Source of the DNA: an uncultured Chloroflexia bacterium
GTDB lineage: Bacteria > Chloroflexota > Limnocylindria > Limnocylindrales > CSP1-4
Direction: 5' to 3'
Assembly (NCBI GenBank): GCA_963718285.1
Contig: CAVQYU010000001.1
Location: 75,799 to 139,798 of the forward strand
DNA: 64,000 bases
Below, piece after piece: positions 8,992 through 17,593 of this stretch. The position numbers and the translations under genes were made by a program. Position 1 is the stretch's first letter; each line of letters starts with the position of its first letter. The notes beneath the pieces were generated by a model. It did not search any database. It was not told the DNA's origin and worked only from the letters and a program-made list of their open reading frames with translations.

Positions 8992-9731
8992 GACCCGCTC
9001 GAGAGCTCGTCCTCCTCGAGCTCGTCGTCGGCCTCGCGCTGGACGAACGAGCCCTGGACCGACTCCTCTTCCTCGTCGTCGGCCTCGCGCTGGACCGACG
9101 AGCCCGCGGCCACCGGCGCGCTGGACGGCAGCGCCCCACCGGAGATGACCTGCTCGGCGCGCTGCTCGGCCGCCCGCTCGAACCGATCGGCCGGGTCGCT
9201 CAGCCTGATCCCGCCGCCGGCCGGGCTGCCGTCGACCGGACCGGCCTCCTGCTGGACGACGTGGGTCAGCTCGTGGGCGATCGTGCGCTGGCCGGACGCC
9301 GTCCCCGGATCGAACCGACCGCCGGCGAAGACGATGTCGTGGCCGACGGTGTAGGCATGGGCGTTGACCGACAGGGCCGAAGCGGCGGCCTGGCCATCAG
9401 TATGCACCCGGACCGAGCCGAAATCGGCCGAGAAGCGATCCTCCATCGTGCTCCTGAGGCCCGCTTCCAGCGGCTCCCCGCCACCCCGTCCGACGACATC
9501 CAGGACCGGCGAAGGCTGGTCGGCTTCGCCCTCCTCGCCGAGCAGCTGAGCCACCCCGGCATTGCCGGCGCTGCGCTGGAGGTGGAGGACGGCGGCGCTG
9601 TCGAGATGGCCGCCTCCTCCGGCTGCAAGGGCCCGGCCGACATCTCCGGCGAGCCCGGCCGGCTCGGCCTCCGCCCCGGCCGGCGCCTTCGCTGGAGCGA
9701 CCAGGTCGAGCTCAAAGTCATGCATGGCCAC
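8988..9731 (-). CDS. DUF4157 (eCIS-associated, HExxH metallopeptidase-like) protein with acidic repeat tail
   Basis: FGSVRVHTDGQAAASALSVNAHAYTVGHDIVFAGGRF...IAHELTHVVQQ matches my recollection of the DUF4157 core. Last gene of the CIS minus operon. An alternative ATG lies at 9725. Confidence 0.75.
   Translation of the reverse strand: MAMHDFELDLVAPAKAPAGAEAEPAGLAGDVGRALAAGGGGHLDSAAVLHLQRSAGNAGVAQLLGEEGEADQPSPVLDVVGRGGGEPLEAGLRSTMEDRFSADFGSVRVHTDGQAAASALSVNAHAYTVGHDIVFAGGRFDPGTASGQRTIAHELTHVVQQEAGPVDGSPAGGGIRLSDPADRFERAAEQRAEQVISGGALPSSAPVAAGSSVQREADDEEEESVQGSFVQREADDELEEDELSSGS
9021..9095. repeat. 24-nt direct repeat (two copies, 51-nt period) inside the DUF4157 gene
   Basis: CTCGTCGTCGGCCTCGCGCTGGAC at 9021-9044 and 9072-9095. 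It encodes a duplicated VQREADDE segment (17-aa period). Confidence 0.8.
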
Positions 9732-11841
9732 GCTCCTTCAGGGCCTCGAAATGCGGTCCGAACTCACTTTCAACCACCAGCCGGCCCAGCTTTCGATACT
9801 CCCGTTCCGTCTCGCGCACGAGGTCGACCATCGACACCGGGCGGCCGCCGGCCGCCGCGCGATAGGCGGCGCCCACGGCCACGTTCCGAATGTTGCCACC
9901 GGACAGCTTGAAGGCCCGGGCCAGGAAGCCGATGTCGATGTCGGCGTCGCGGGGCAGGTCGGCCGCCAGGTGGCCCAGCCAGATCCGCCGGCGATCATCG
10001 GGCTCGGGCATCGGAAAGTCGATGATGGCGTCCAGCCGGCGCACGAATGCCTCATCGACGTTGGCCCGCAGGTTCGTGGTGAGGATGGCCATCCCGTCGA
10101 ACTGCTCCATCCGCTGGAGGAGGTAGGCCACTTCGACGTTGGCGTAGCGATCGCGGGCGTCCTTGACTTCGGAACGCTTGCCGAAGATCGAGTCGGCCTC
10201 GTCGAACAGAAGGATGCCATTCACTCGATCGGCCTCCGAGAAGACACGGTCGAGGTTCTTCTCAGTCTCGCCGATGTACTTGTCGACCACCGTCGACAGG
10301 TCGATCACGTACAGGTCGAGCCCGAGCTCGCCCGCGATCACCTCGGCCGACATCGTCTTGCCCGTGCCCGAGTCACCAGCAAACAGGGCGGTGATCCCAC
10401 GGCCGTGCGACGAGCGCCGGCCCATCCCCCACGTCTCGAGGACGAGGTCGCGATCGCGCGCCCGGCCGGCCAGCTCGCGGAGCTGCTCGACGACCGGCTC
10501 GGGCAGGACCAGGTCGGACCAGGCCACGGCCGGCTCGATCCGCCGGGCGAGGCGTTCGAGGCCAGCCGCATTCTGGGCCCGGGCCCCGCCGTAGAGGTCG
10601 GCGGGCTCGAGCGGACGCCCGCCCGCCAGGGCCTGCAGGCCGGCCGATCGGGCCGCCCGGACGACCTGTTCGGGGGCCAGCCGGAACGGCAGCCGCTCGA
10701 TCTCATCGGCCAGCGGCCGATCGACCTCCGGCGGCAGGGCGGCTCGCCAGATCGAACCCCGCTCGCCAGGATCGGCCACGGCGGCCTCGACCAGCAGGGG
10801 CACGGCTCGCGACCAGCCCGGGTCCCAGCCCCGGCTGCCCAGGAGGATCGTCGGGCAGGCCAGCTCGGCGAAGGCGCGCACCGCGGCCGGGCCGCGCTCG
10901 GCCAGGCCGTCGATCGGCCCGGCGACGAGGCCGCCCCCGCGCAGGCGTGCCTCCCGCTCGGCGGCAGCGGCGACCCGCCGCGGGTCGTCGCCCGGGGCAA
11001 GCCGCCGGAGGTCCAGCGGCAGCGGCTCGAGGCCGGCCGCGGCGAAGGCGGTGACTGCCTGGGAGAGGCCCGCCGAGCCGACCCGCTCGCGCAGGTAGAC
11101 CAGGCCGGCCCCTGCTGCGATCGCCCGCTCCAGGGCCGCCACGCTGCCCACGGCCGAGGGCACGGCGTCGGTCAGGAGATCCGCCAGGATGGGGTCGGGC
11201 CGGTCCACCCCGAGGAGGTGAGCCGTGACCCGATCGGGCACCCTCAGCGACCGGCTCAGGAATGGTCGGTCCGGGTCCTCGACCAGGATCAGGCCACCGG
11301 CGACCAGCGGCGCGGCCGGCTCGAAGCGGGCCCGCGCCGGGCCCGACCCGGTCGCCGCGCCGGCCTGGCCAGGGCTGCCCGCGGCCAGCTCCAGGGCGAG
11401 CCCGATGCTCGCCCGGCGGCGCGATACGTCGTCATGGAGGTAGCCATACAGGCGCTCGAAGCGCGGCTCGAGATCCGGGGCAAGAGCGACCAGCAGCAGC
11501 TCAAGGTCCAGGTCGGTTAGCCCGAACGTCTGCACCAGGCGGCGCAGGCGGAGGTCCGCCCCGGCAGCCGCGGCCGCCTCGGCCCGGGAATCGACCGCCG
11601 CCAGGGCCTCTTCAGCCGGCTGATCTCTGGCCGGACCCCGGATCGGGGCACGATCGCCGGCCAGCAGGCTGTCGACCTGGGCCTCCGAGATGTACAGGCC
11701 CCGAAAGCGGTCGGTTGGGTCAGGGTCGTCGGCCCGCCTGCGGGCGACGGCCTGGGCGACCCGCCCGGCCAGGATCGTCAGCCGGTCGTGGAGATCGTCG
11801 TCCGAGGCCGGCTCGGGCCGGGCCACGAGCTGGGCGGTCAC
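9718..11841 (-). CDS. AAA+ ATPase, Afp15/Pvc15-like CIS assembly ATPase
   Basis: C-terminal AAA module GITALFAGDSGTGKTMSAEVIAGELGL...ILLFDEADSIFGKR, with a long N-terminal region. GTGA overlap with the upstream cap gene. Confidence 0.85.
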   Translation of the reverse strand: MTAQLVARPEPASDDDLHDRLTILAGRVAQAVARRRADDPDPTDRFRGLYISEAQVDSLLAGDRAPIRGPARDQPAEEALAAVDSRAEAAAAAGADLRLRRLVQTFGLTDLDLELLLVALAPDLEPRFERLYGYLHDDVSRRRASIGLALELAAGSPGQAGAATGSGPARARFEPAAPLVAGGLILVEDPDRPFLSRSLRVPDRVTAHLLGVDRPDPILADLLTDAVPSAVGSVAALERAIAAGAGLVYLRERVGSAGLSQAVTAFAAAGLEPLPLDLRRLAPGDDPRRVAAAAEREARLRGGGLVAGPIDGLAERGPAAVRAFAELACPTILLGSRGWDPGWSRAVPLLVEAAVADPGERGSIWRAALPPEVDRPLADEIERLPFRLAPEQVVRAARSAGLQALAGGRPLEPADLYGGARAQNAAGLERLARRIEPAVAWSDLVLPEPVVEQLRELAGRARDRDLVLETWGMGRRSSHGRGITALFAGDSGTGKTMSAEVIAGELGLDLYVIDLSTVVDKYIGETEKNLDRVFSEADRVNGILLFDEADSIFGKRSEVKDARDRYANVEVAYLLQRMEQFDGMAILTTNLRANVDEAFVRRLDAIIDFPMPEPDDRRRIWLGHLAADLPRDADIDIGFLARAFKLSGGNIRNVAVGAAYRAAAGGRPVSMVDLVRETEREYRKLGRLVVESEFGPHFEALKERGHA

Positions 11842-12593
11842 CTCTCCAGGCCGCGCACGCGCACGATCCGGCCCGGCTGGCGATCGGTGCCGGTCAGGCG
11901 GGTCTCATCGGGCGCCGGCGCCCCGGGCGGCTCATCGCGCTTGGCGGCCGTGCGGCGAGCGGCCGCGCGGCGGCTTCCCCCAGCGTCTTCGTGGCCGCCC
12001 GGGGTGACGATCGCCAGGCGGGGCTCCTCGAGGACCGGCGGACCGGCGGCCTGACCCAGGTCGAGCACGAACGGGGCGGTCACGATCAGGTCGATCGACG
12101 GCTTCAGCTCCCCGCCCAAAGCCGACCAGATGTCGGCGATCGAGCGGTCGCTGCCGAGCGGCAGGGCGGCGGTCACGAAGAGCGGAATGTGCTGGTCGGC
12201 CAGCCCACCGGCACAGTCGGCCGGCGCGATCCGCTCGTGCCGGATGAAGCAGCCCAGCAGGTCGGACAGCAGGCGATGCTCGTCCTCCGGCCGCTGGGTC
12301 CAGGCGGTGACCATGTAGGCCAGCTTGAATTGGCGCGCCGGCGGCCGCCGTTCGATCACCCGGCCGGCGTTGTCCATGACCGGCTCCCACTGGACATCGC
12401 GCCGGGCCATGTCCTCGCGGATGTCATAGAGGTACAGGTCCACGGTCGGCCCATTGCGGCGGGCGACCCAGTCGCGGGTCGGCGCGTCGAAGGCGACTTC
12501 GATGGCCGCTCCGGCCAGGGCCTCGCTGCGCACGAGGGCAAGCAGGGTCTCGTCGACGTCCTGGATCATCCGGAGCATGGTCCGTCGCGGCAT
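11838..12593 (-). CDS. DUF4255 / Pvc16-Afp16-like tail terminator (cap) protein
   Basis: MIQDVDETLLALV...VAFDAPTRDW...TVDLYLYDIREDMARRD...FKLAYMVTAWT pattern typical of Pvc16_N. Start may be M6 or M9 of the ORF. Confidence 0.8.
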   Translation of the reverse strand: MPRRTMLRMIQDVDETLLALVRSEALAGAAIEVAFDAPTRDWVARRNGPTVDLYLYDIREDMARRDVQWEPVMDNAGRVIERRPPARQFKLAYMVTAWTQRPEDEHRLLSDLLGCFIRHERIAPADCAGGLADQHIPLFVTAALPLGSDRSIADIWSALGGELKPSIDLIVTAPFVLDLGQAAGPPVLEEPRLAIVTPGGHEDAGGSRRAAARRTAAKRDEPPGAPAPDETRLTGTDRQPGRIVRVRGLER

Positions 12594-12805
12594 GGCCTCG
12601 GCGCGAGCGCCAGCGGGGCAGCCGTTGGGGCAGACCGGGCCGTCCGGGCGGCCTCTTCGACGGGCGCTGGGTCGCCTCTTTGGGCGGCTCGGACCGCCCC
12701 TACTGCCGCACCTCGGGGCCTTGCAGGACGACGCTCGCGGCCGGACCCTCGAACGAGTCGTATGACCATCGCAGCTCGATCAGCGCAGCCTTGGAGGGCG
12801 TCTGA
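12594..12805. promoter_or_regulatory. divergent intergenic region between the two CIS operons
   Basis: 212-bp non-coding gap between oppositely oriented first genes. GGAGGG lies 7 nt before the sheath ATG. No promoter motifs could be assigned confidently. Confidence 0.4.
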
Positions 12806-14323
12806 ATGCCTAGCTACCTGTCGCCCGGCGTGTACGTCGAGGAGGTCGAAGCCGGATCTCGCCCGATCGAAGGCGTGGGCACGGCCGTGGCCGCGTTCGT
12901 TGGCCTGGCGGCCTCGGGGCCGGCCAACACCCCAACCCTGGTCACGAACTGGAGCCAGTTCGTCCAGCAGTTCGGCGATTTCATCGAAGGCTCGTACCTG
13001 GCCCACGCGGTCTACGGCTACTTCCTGAACGGCGGCGGAGCTGCCTACATCGTCCGGATCGGGGCCGACGGCAATCAGCCGGCCGCCCATCTCGACCTGC
13101 CGGCCGCCGATGAGAAGGGGGTCACGGCGCTGCGCCTGACAGCCCTCGACAGCGGTCCCCTGGGCAACGACATCAGCGTCGAGGTCGGCGAGCCGTCCCA
13201 GCCTGCCGAAGGGGTCTTCAAGCTCGTCGTCAGCCGGCCCGGCTCCGAGACCGAGACCTTCGACAACGTCAGCCTGAAGCGGGGCAAGCAGTACGTCGCG
13301 ACGGCGGTCAAGGCCGTCTCCAAGCTGATCCGGGTCGAGGAGGCCTCGTCGAGTGCCCTCACTCCCGTCAGCGGCAAGACCTCCCTGGCCGGCGGGGGGG
13401 CGTCCCGGGCGGTCCAGGTCGCGCCCGACGACTACGCCGGCAACGCCTCCGACCGAACCGGCTTCGCCGGGCTCGAGGCGATCGACGAGGTCACGATGCT
13501 GGCCGCGCCCGACGTCATGGCGCTCTACCAGCAGGGCGTGATCGACCTCGAGGGCCTCCAGGCGATCCAGCTGGCGATGCTCGCCCATTGCGAGCTGATG
13601 GGCGACCGGATGGCCATCCTCGACGCGCCTCCCGGCTACAACGCCCAGCAGGTCAAGGAATGGCGGATGGAGAAGGCCGGCTACGACTCGAAGTACGGCT
13701 CGCTCTACTGGCCCTGGATCAAGGTCTTTGATCCGGTTGCCGGCCAGGCCCGGTTCGTTCCACCGAGCGGCCACATCGCCGGCATCTGGGCCCGCAACGA
13801 CGACACCCGGGGCGTCTGGAAGGCGCCCGCCAACGAGGTCATCCGGGGCGCGATCTCGCTCGAGCTGCAGCTGACCAAGTCGGAGCAGGACCAGCTCAAC
13901 CCGGTCGGCATCGACTGCATCCGGGCGTTCCCCGGACGGGGCATCCGGGTCTGGGGCGCGCGGACCCTCTCGAGTGATCCGGCCTGGCGCTATGTCAACG
14001 TTCGGCGCCTCTTCAACTACATCGAGGAGTCGGTCATCGGCGGCACCCAATGGGTCGTCTTCGAACCGAACGACCTGGCCCTCTGGCAGCGGGTCAAGCG
14101 GACCCTCAACGCCTTCCTCGTCCGGACCTGGCGCGACGGGGCCCTGTTCGGCGCAACGCCCCAGGAAGCCTTCTACGTCAAGTGCGACTCCGAGACGAAT
14201 CCGGCCGAGGTCATCGACGCGGGCCAGCTCGTGGTCGAGATCGGCATCGCGCCGGTCAAGCCGGCCGAGTTCGTGATCTTCCGGATCGCCCAGTTCTCGG
14301 GTGGGACGTCCCTGTCGGAGTAG
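12806..14323 (+). CDS. contractile tail sheath protein (Afp2-4-like)
   Basis: Canonical N-terminus MPSYLSPGVYVEEVEAGSRPIEGVGTAVAAFVG and C-terminal sheath block GIDCIRAFPGRGIRVWGARTL. Confidence 0.9.
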   Translation: MPSYLSPGVYVEEVEAGSRPIEGVGTAVAAFVGLAASGPANTPTLVTNWSQFVQQFGDFIEGSYLAHAVYGYFLNGGGAAYIVRIGADGNQPAAHLDLPAADEKGVTALRLTALDSGPLGNDISVEVGEPSQPAEGVFKLVVSRPGSETETFDNVSLKRGKQYVATAVKAVSKLIRVEEASSSALTPVSGKTSLAGGGASRAVQVAPDDYAGNASDRTGFAGLEAIDEVTMLAAPDVMALYQQGVIDLEGLQAIQLAMLAHCELMGDRMAILDAPPGYNAQQVKEWRMEKAGYDSKYGSLYWPWIKVFDPVAGQARFVPPSGHIAGIWARNDDTRGVWKAPANEVIRGAISLELQLTKSEQDQLNPVGIDCIRAFPGRGIRVWGARTLSSDPAWRYVNVRRLFNYIEESVIGGTQWVVFEPNDLALWQRVKRTLNAFLVRTWRDGALFGATPQEAFYVKCDSETNPAEVIDAGQLVVEIGIAPVKPAEFVIFRIAQFSGGTSLSE

Positions 14324-14361
14324 CAGCTCGCTGAACGGTCAGCACGAAAGGAGACAGCACG

Positions 14362-14817
14362 ATGGCCAGCGGCCTGCCCAGTCTGCCCAATGACGCGATC
14401 GCGTCGTATCACTTCGCGGTCGAGATCGATGGCGTCGAGATTGCCCAGTTCTCGGAGCTGAGCGGGATCACCTCCGAGATCGACGTGATCGAGCTCAAGG
14501 AGAACATGAAGAACGGCAAGCCCATGATCAAGAAGCTGCCCGGTGCCCGGAAGCCGCCGACCATCACCCTCAAGCGGGCCAAGAACTCGAGCAAGGCGCT
14601 CTGGGACTGGCACTACGCGATGTACCAGGGCAAGGTTGCCACCGCCCGCAAGAACGGCTCGATCATCTTGAACGACTACGAAGGCGGCGAGATCACCCGC
14701 TACAACTTCACCAACGGCTGGGTCTCCAAGGTGACCATGGGCACCCTCAAGGCCGGCTCCAACGAGGTGCTGATGGAGGAGATCAGCATCGTCTGCGAAG
14801 AGCTCGAGCGAGCCTGA
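14362..14817 (+). CDS. tail tube protein (T4 gp19 / Afp1-like)
   Basis: YHFAVEIDGVEIAQFSELSGITSEIDVIELKEN and ITLKRA motifs of gp19-type tube proteins. AAAGGAGA RBS. Confidence 0.9.
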   Translation: MASGLPSLPNDAIASYHFAVEIDGVEIAQFSELSGITSEIDVIELKENMKNGKPMIKKLPGARKPPTITLKRAKNSSKALWDWHYAMYQGKVATARKNGSIILNDYEGGEITRYNFTNGWVSKVTMGTLKAGSNEVLMEEISIVCEELERA

Positions 14818-14818
14818 C

Positions 14819-15253
14819 GTGAGCCCGGTCGAAAGCCCGGCCCGGCCGGTCACCCAGATCGCTGGCCAGGGTGGGCCCGGCTCACTCCAGACCGAGTTCG
14901 CGTTCGTCCTGCCCCGCGGCTTCATCGACGATTTGGGCACGGTCCAGCGCGACGGTGTCATGCGCCTGGCCACGGCCCGGGACGAGATCCTGCCCCAGCG
15001 TGATCCGCGGGTGCGCGAGAACGAGGCCTACCTGACTGTCCTGCTCCTGTCCCGGGTGGTCACCCGGCTGGGCAGCCTGACCTCGATCAATGCCGGCACG
15101 ATCGAAGGCCTGTTCGCCTCGGACCTGGCCTTTCTGCAGGACCTCTACCGGCGGGTCAACCAGGAGGGCACGACCCAGGTCGCGGTCACCTGCCCGGCCT
15201 GCGCGCACCACTTCGCGGTCGACCTGGGGGGTGGCCGCCTGGGGGAATCGTGA
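14819..15253 (+). CDS. conserved CIS protein in the tail-assembly-chaperone position (P2 gpE-like placement)
   Basis: Lies between the tube and the tape-measure candidate. GTG start is 1 nt after the tube stop. No recognisable catalytic motif. Has a CxxC near the C-terminus. Confidence 0.45.
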   Translation: MSPVESPARPVTQIAGQGGPGSLQTEFAFVLPRGFIDDLGTVQRDGVMRLATARDEILPQRDPRVRENEAYLTVLLLSRVVTRLGSLTSINAGTIEGLFASDLAFLQDLYRRVNQEGTTQVAVTCPACAHHFAVDLGGGRLGES

Positions 15254-15405
15254 CGTACGCGAACGACCGCCTGTTCAGCGAGATCGCGTACGTGGCCTAC
15301 CACTTTCACTGGCCGCTGGATTCGATCCTCGACCTGGAACACCCGCTCCGCCAGCGGTTCGTCGAGGAGATCGCCCAGCTCAACCAACGACAAGCCGAGG
15401 AGTAG
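15250..15405 (+). CDS. small (51 aa) ORF in the -1 frame overlapping the upstream stop (gpE'/T-like position)
   Basis: GTG 15250 overlaps TGA 15251-15253. Protein-like sequence VTYANDRLFSEIAYVAYHFHWPLDSILDLEHPLRQRFVEEIAQLNQRQAEE. Below the ORF-track length cut-off. Confidence 0.45.
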   Translation: MTYANDRLFSEIAYVAYHFHWPLDSILDLEHPLRQRFVEEIAQLNQRQAEE

Positions 15406-15408
15406 CCC

Positions 15409-17175
15409 GTGCGCTGGCCGTTTGGCCGCAGGGCGACCCTGCCCGAGGAAGCCGCCGCCCCGGCGCCCGCTCGCCCGCATGACGCGTGGCGAACGGCAGC
15501 GCCGCTCCAGCGTGCCAGCGGCGACCCGCCGGTCGTCGCTCCGGTCCAGCCGTTCGCGGCCAGCCTGGCCACCCGCAACCCGCCGGAGCTGGCCCTCCAG
15601 GCTCTCGGCCACGAGGTCTCCCCGCTGGCCGGAGGCGGCCTGGTCATCGGCGCCCCTGCGCGGGCGAGCGAGGCGCCCGGCACCGGTGGGGTTGAGCTGC
15701 CCCTCCAGCGCAACGTCGACCGGGCGGGGGTCGGTCCGGCCGAGAGCCAACTCCAGGGTTCCGATCCGGCCTTCGCATCATCGGCTGTCGACGACCAGGC
15801 GGGCCGCGTCTCGGACCGGGCGGCGGTTCAACGAGCCGCCAGCCCCGACCTGCCGATGACCAGCGCGAGCGGCGTTGGCCTGCCCGGCCGTCCGGCCGGC
15901 TTGCTCGACCTGCGTCCGCTCACGAGTGACGCACCGGATCGCCTGATGGCACCGGCGCCGATCCAGGGCGCCGCCGCGCGCCCGGTCCAACGCATCGAGG
16001 CGGACCCGGTCCACGATCCGCACCCGGCGACCACCATCCGCCGGCCCAGCCTGGGCCAGGCCCGCCGGCTGGGTCTCGGCCCTCCGCTCGAACCTGCCCT
16101 CCAGCGGACCTCGCAGGCGCCGGCGGTGGTCGCGGCGGGGGCTCGAGCGCCTGGGCTGCCGCCGGCCGGGGCCGACGGGCCGCACGGCGCCGCGCTGGCC
16201 GGGGCGGCCCTGGCCCCAGCCCTGGCCGGGGCAGCCCTGGCCCCTGAGCCGCCGTCCCGCGGGGCCGATGGTCCGGGCCGGCCGAACACCGGACCAGCAC
16301 CGACGTTGGGCTCGACCAGCAGCCCCGAGGCGCGAGGCAGGGCCGGGCTGGAGCTGGTCCAGCCCCTCAGCATCCAGCGCCTCGGCCGGCCAGGCTGGAT
16401 CGGACTCGGACAGGGCGGTCCAAGCGCGAAGGCGACCGATCACGTCGCAGCGACCCCGTTTGACGGCCAGGCGAACCGCCTGGTGCCCGGCGTGGCCCGG
16501 CTCCTGGCCTCTGCCGCGGTCGAGCCCGCCGTGAGCGTCGGGTCGGGCATCGGGTCGGGCGATGGGCCGGCCGCCGGCAACGAGACCAGCCCCGTCCTGA
16601 GGAGCTCGATCCTGGCCGGCCGGACCGAGTCCCGAGGCGGGTCCGGATCGCCCCTGGTCCAGCGACTCGGCCGGCCGGGCGAGGCGGCCGGGGCCACGCC
16701 TGCCGGGCAACTCCTCGCCCGGCTCGCGGACGACGCCGGCCGCCTGATCCCCCTGCCGCTCCCCCATCCGCTCCCGGGCAGAGGGACGGAACCGGCTGGG
16801 ACGACCTGGCCGAGCTTGGCCGGGACACCCAGGCCCGGGCCCATGGCCATGGCCGGGCCGTCGATCCAGCGCAACGTGGCGCCGGCCGGAGCAGATGCAG
16901 CCGTCGAACGGACCCCGATGCCCCCTGAGCCGGGCCCGGCGGCGGTCCAGCGAGCGATCCAGCTGCCTGACCTCAATATCGGGGCCAACCCGCCCTCGCC
17001 GGCGCCGGCCGGCCCATCGGCCGCCGCCCCCGCGGCCCTCAGCGCGTCACCGGCCAACCAGGAGCGCGAGCTCGATGAGCTCGCGCGCCGCCTCTACGGA
17101 CGAATCCGATCGCGCCTGGCGGCCGAGCTGCTGGCCGACCGGGAACGGGCCGGGATGATCACGGACCTCCGATGA
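15409..17175 (+). CDS. Pro/Ala/Gly-rich protein, tape-measure (Afp14-like) candidate by position
   Basis: 588 aa and low complexity. Conserved-looking charged helical C-terminus ELDELARRLYGRIRSRLAAELLADRERAGMITDLR. ATGA overlap with the next tube gene. Confidence 0.5.
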   Translation: MRWPFGRRATLPEEAAAPAPARPHDAWRTAAPLQRASGDPPVVAPVQPFAASLATRNPPELALQALGHEVSPLAGGGLVIGAPARASEAPGTGGVELPLQRNVDRAGVGPAESQLQGSDPAFASSAVDDQAGRVSDRAAVQRAASPDLPMTSASGVGLPGRPAGLLDLRPLTSDAPDRLMAPAPIQGAAARPVQRIEADPVHDPHPATTIRRPSLGQARRLGLGPPLEPALQRTSQAPAVVAAGARAPGLPPAGADGPHGAALAGAALAPALAGAALAPEPPSRGADGPGRPNTGPAPTLGSTSSPEARGRAGLELVQPLSIQRLGRPGWIGLGQGGPSAKATDHVAATPFDGQANRLVPGVARLLASAAVEPAVSVGSGIGSGDGPAAGNETSPVLRSSILAGRTESRGGSGSPLVQRLGRPGEAAGATPAGQLLARLADDAGRLIPLPLPHPLPGRGTEPAGTTWPSLAGTPRPGPMAMAGPSIQRNVAPAGADAAVERTPMPPEPGPAAVQRAIQLPDLNIGANPPSPAPAGPSAAAPAALSASPANQERELDELARRLYGRIRSRLAAELLADRERAGMITDLR

Positions 17176-17591
17176 GCGAGCGCGCCCTGGGCCTCCACTT
17201 CACGGTCACGATCGATGGCCTGTCGCTGGGCGACTGGACCAAGTGCGACGGACTGAGCATCGAGTACGACGTCAAGGAATACCAGGAGGGCGGCGAGAAC
17301 AGCTTCACCCACCGCCTCGCCGGCCGGGCCAAGTACAGCAACATCCGGCTGACCCGCCCGATCGATTCCTCGTCGGCCGAGATCGCAATGTGGGTGGCCA
17401 GCGTGGCCGCCAAGCTCGTCCGCCAGACGGCCCAGATCGCGGTCATGGACGCCTCGGGCAGCACGATCGTGGCCTGGAACCTGATCGGTGTCTACCCGGC
17501 GAAGTGGACCGGGCCGACCCTCGACGTGGCCGGCAACCAGGTCGCGTACGAGACCCTCGAGCTGGCCCATCACGGCCTGACCGGCGGCTGA
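17172..17591 (+). CDS. second tail tube-family protein (Afp5-like)
   Basis: LHFTVTIDGLSLGDWTKCDGLSIEYDVKEYQEGG...IRLTRP parallels the first tube protein. Confidence 0.85.
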   Translation: MSERALGLHFTVTIDGLSLGDWTKCDGLSIEYDVKEYQEGGENSFTHRLAGRAKYSNIRLTRPIDSSSAEIAMWVASVAAKLVRQTAQIAVMDASGSTIVAWNLIGVYPAKWTGPTLDVAGNQVAYETLELAHHGLTGG

Positions 17592-17593
17592 CG

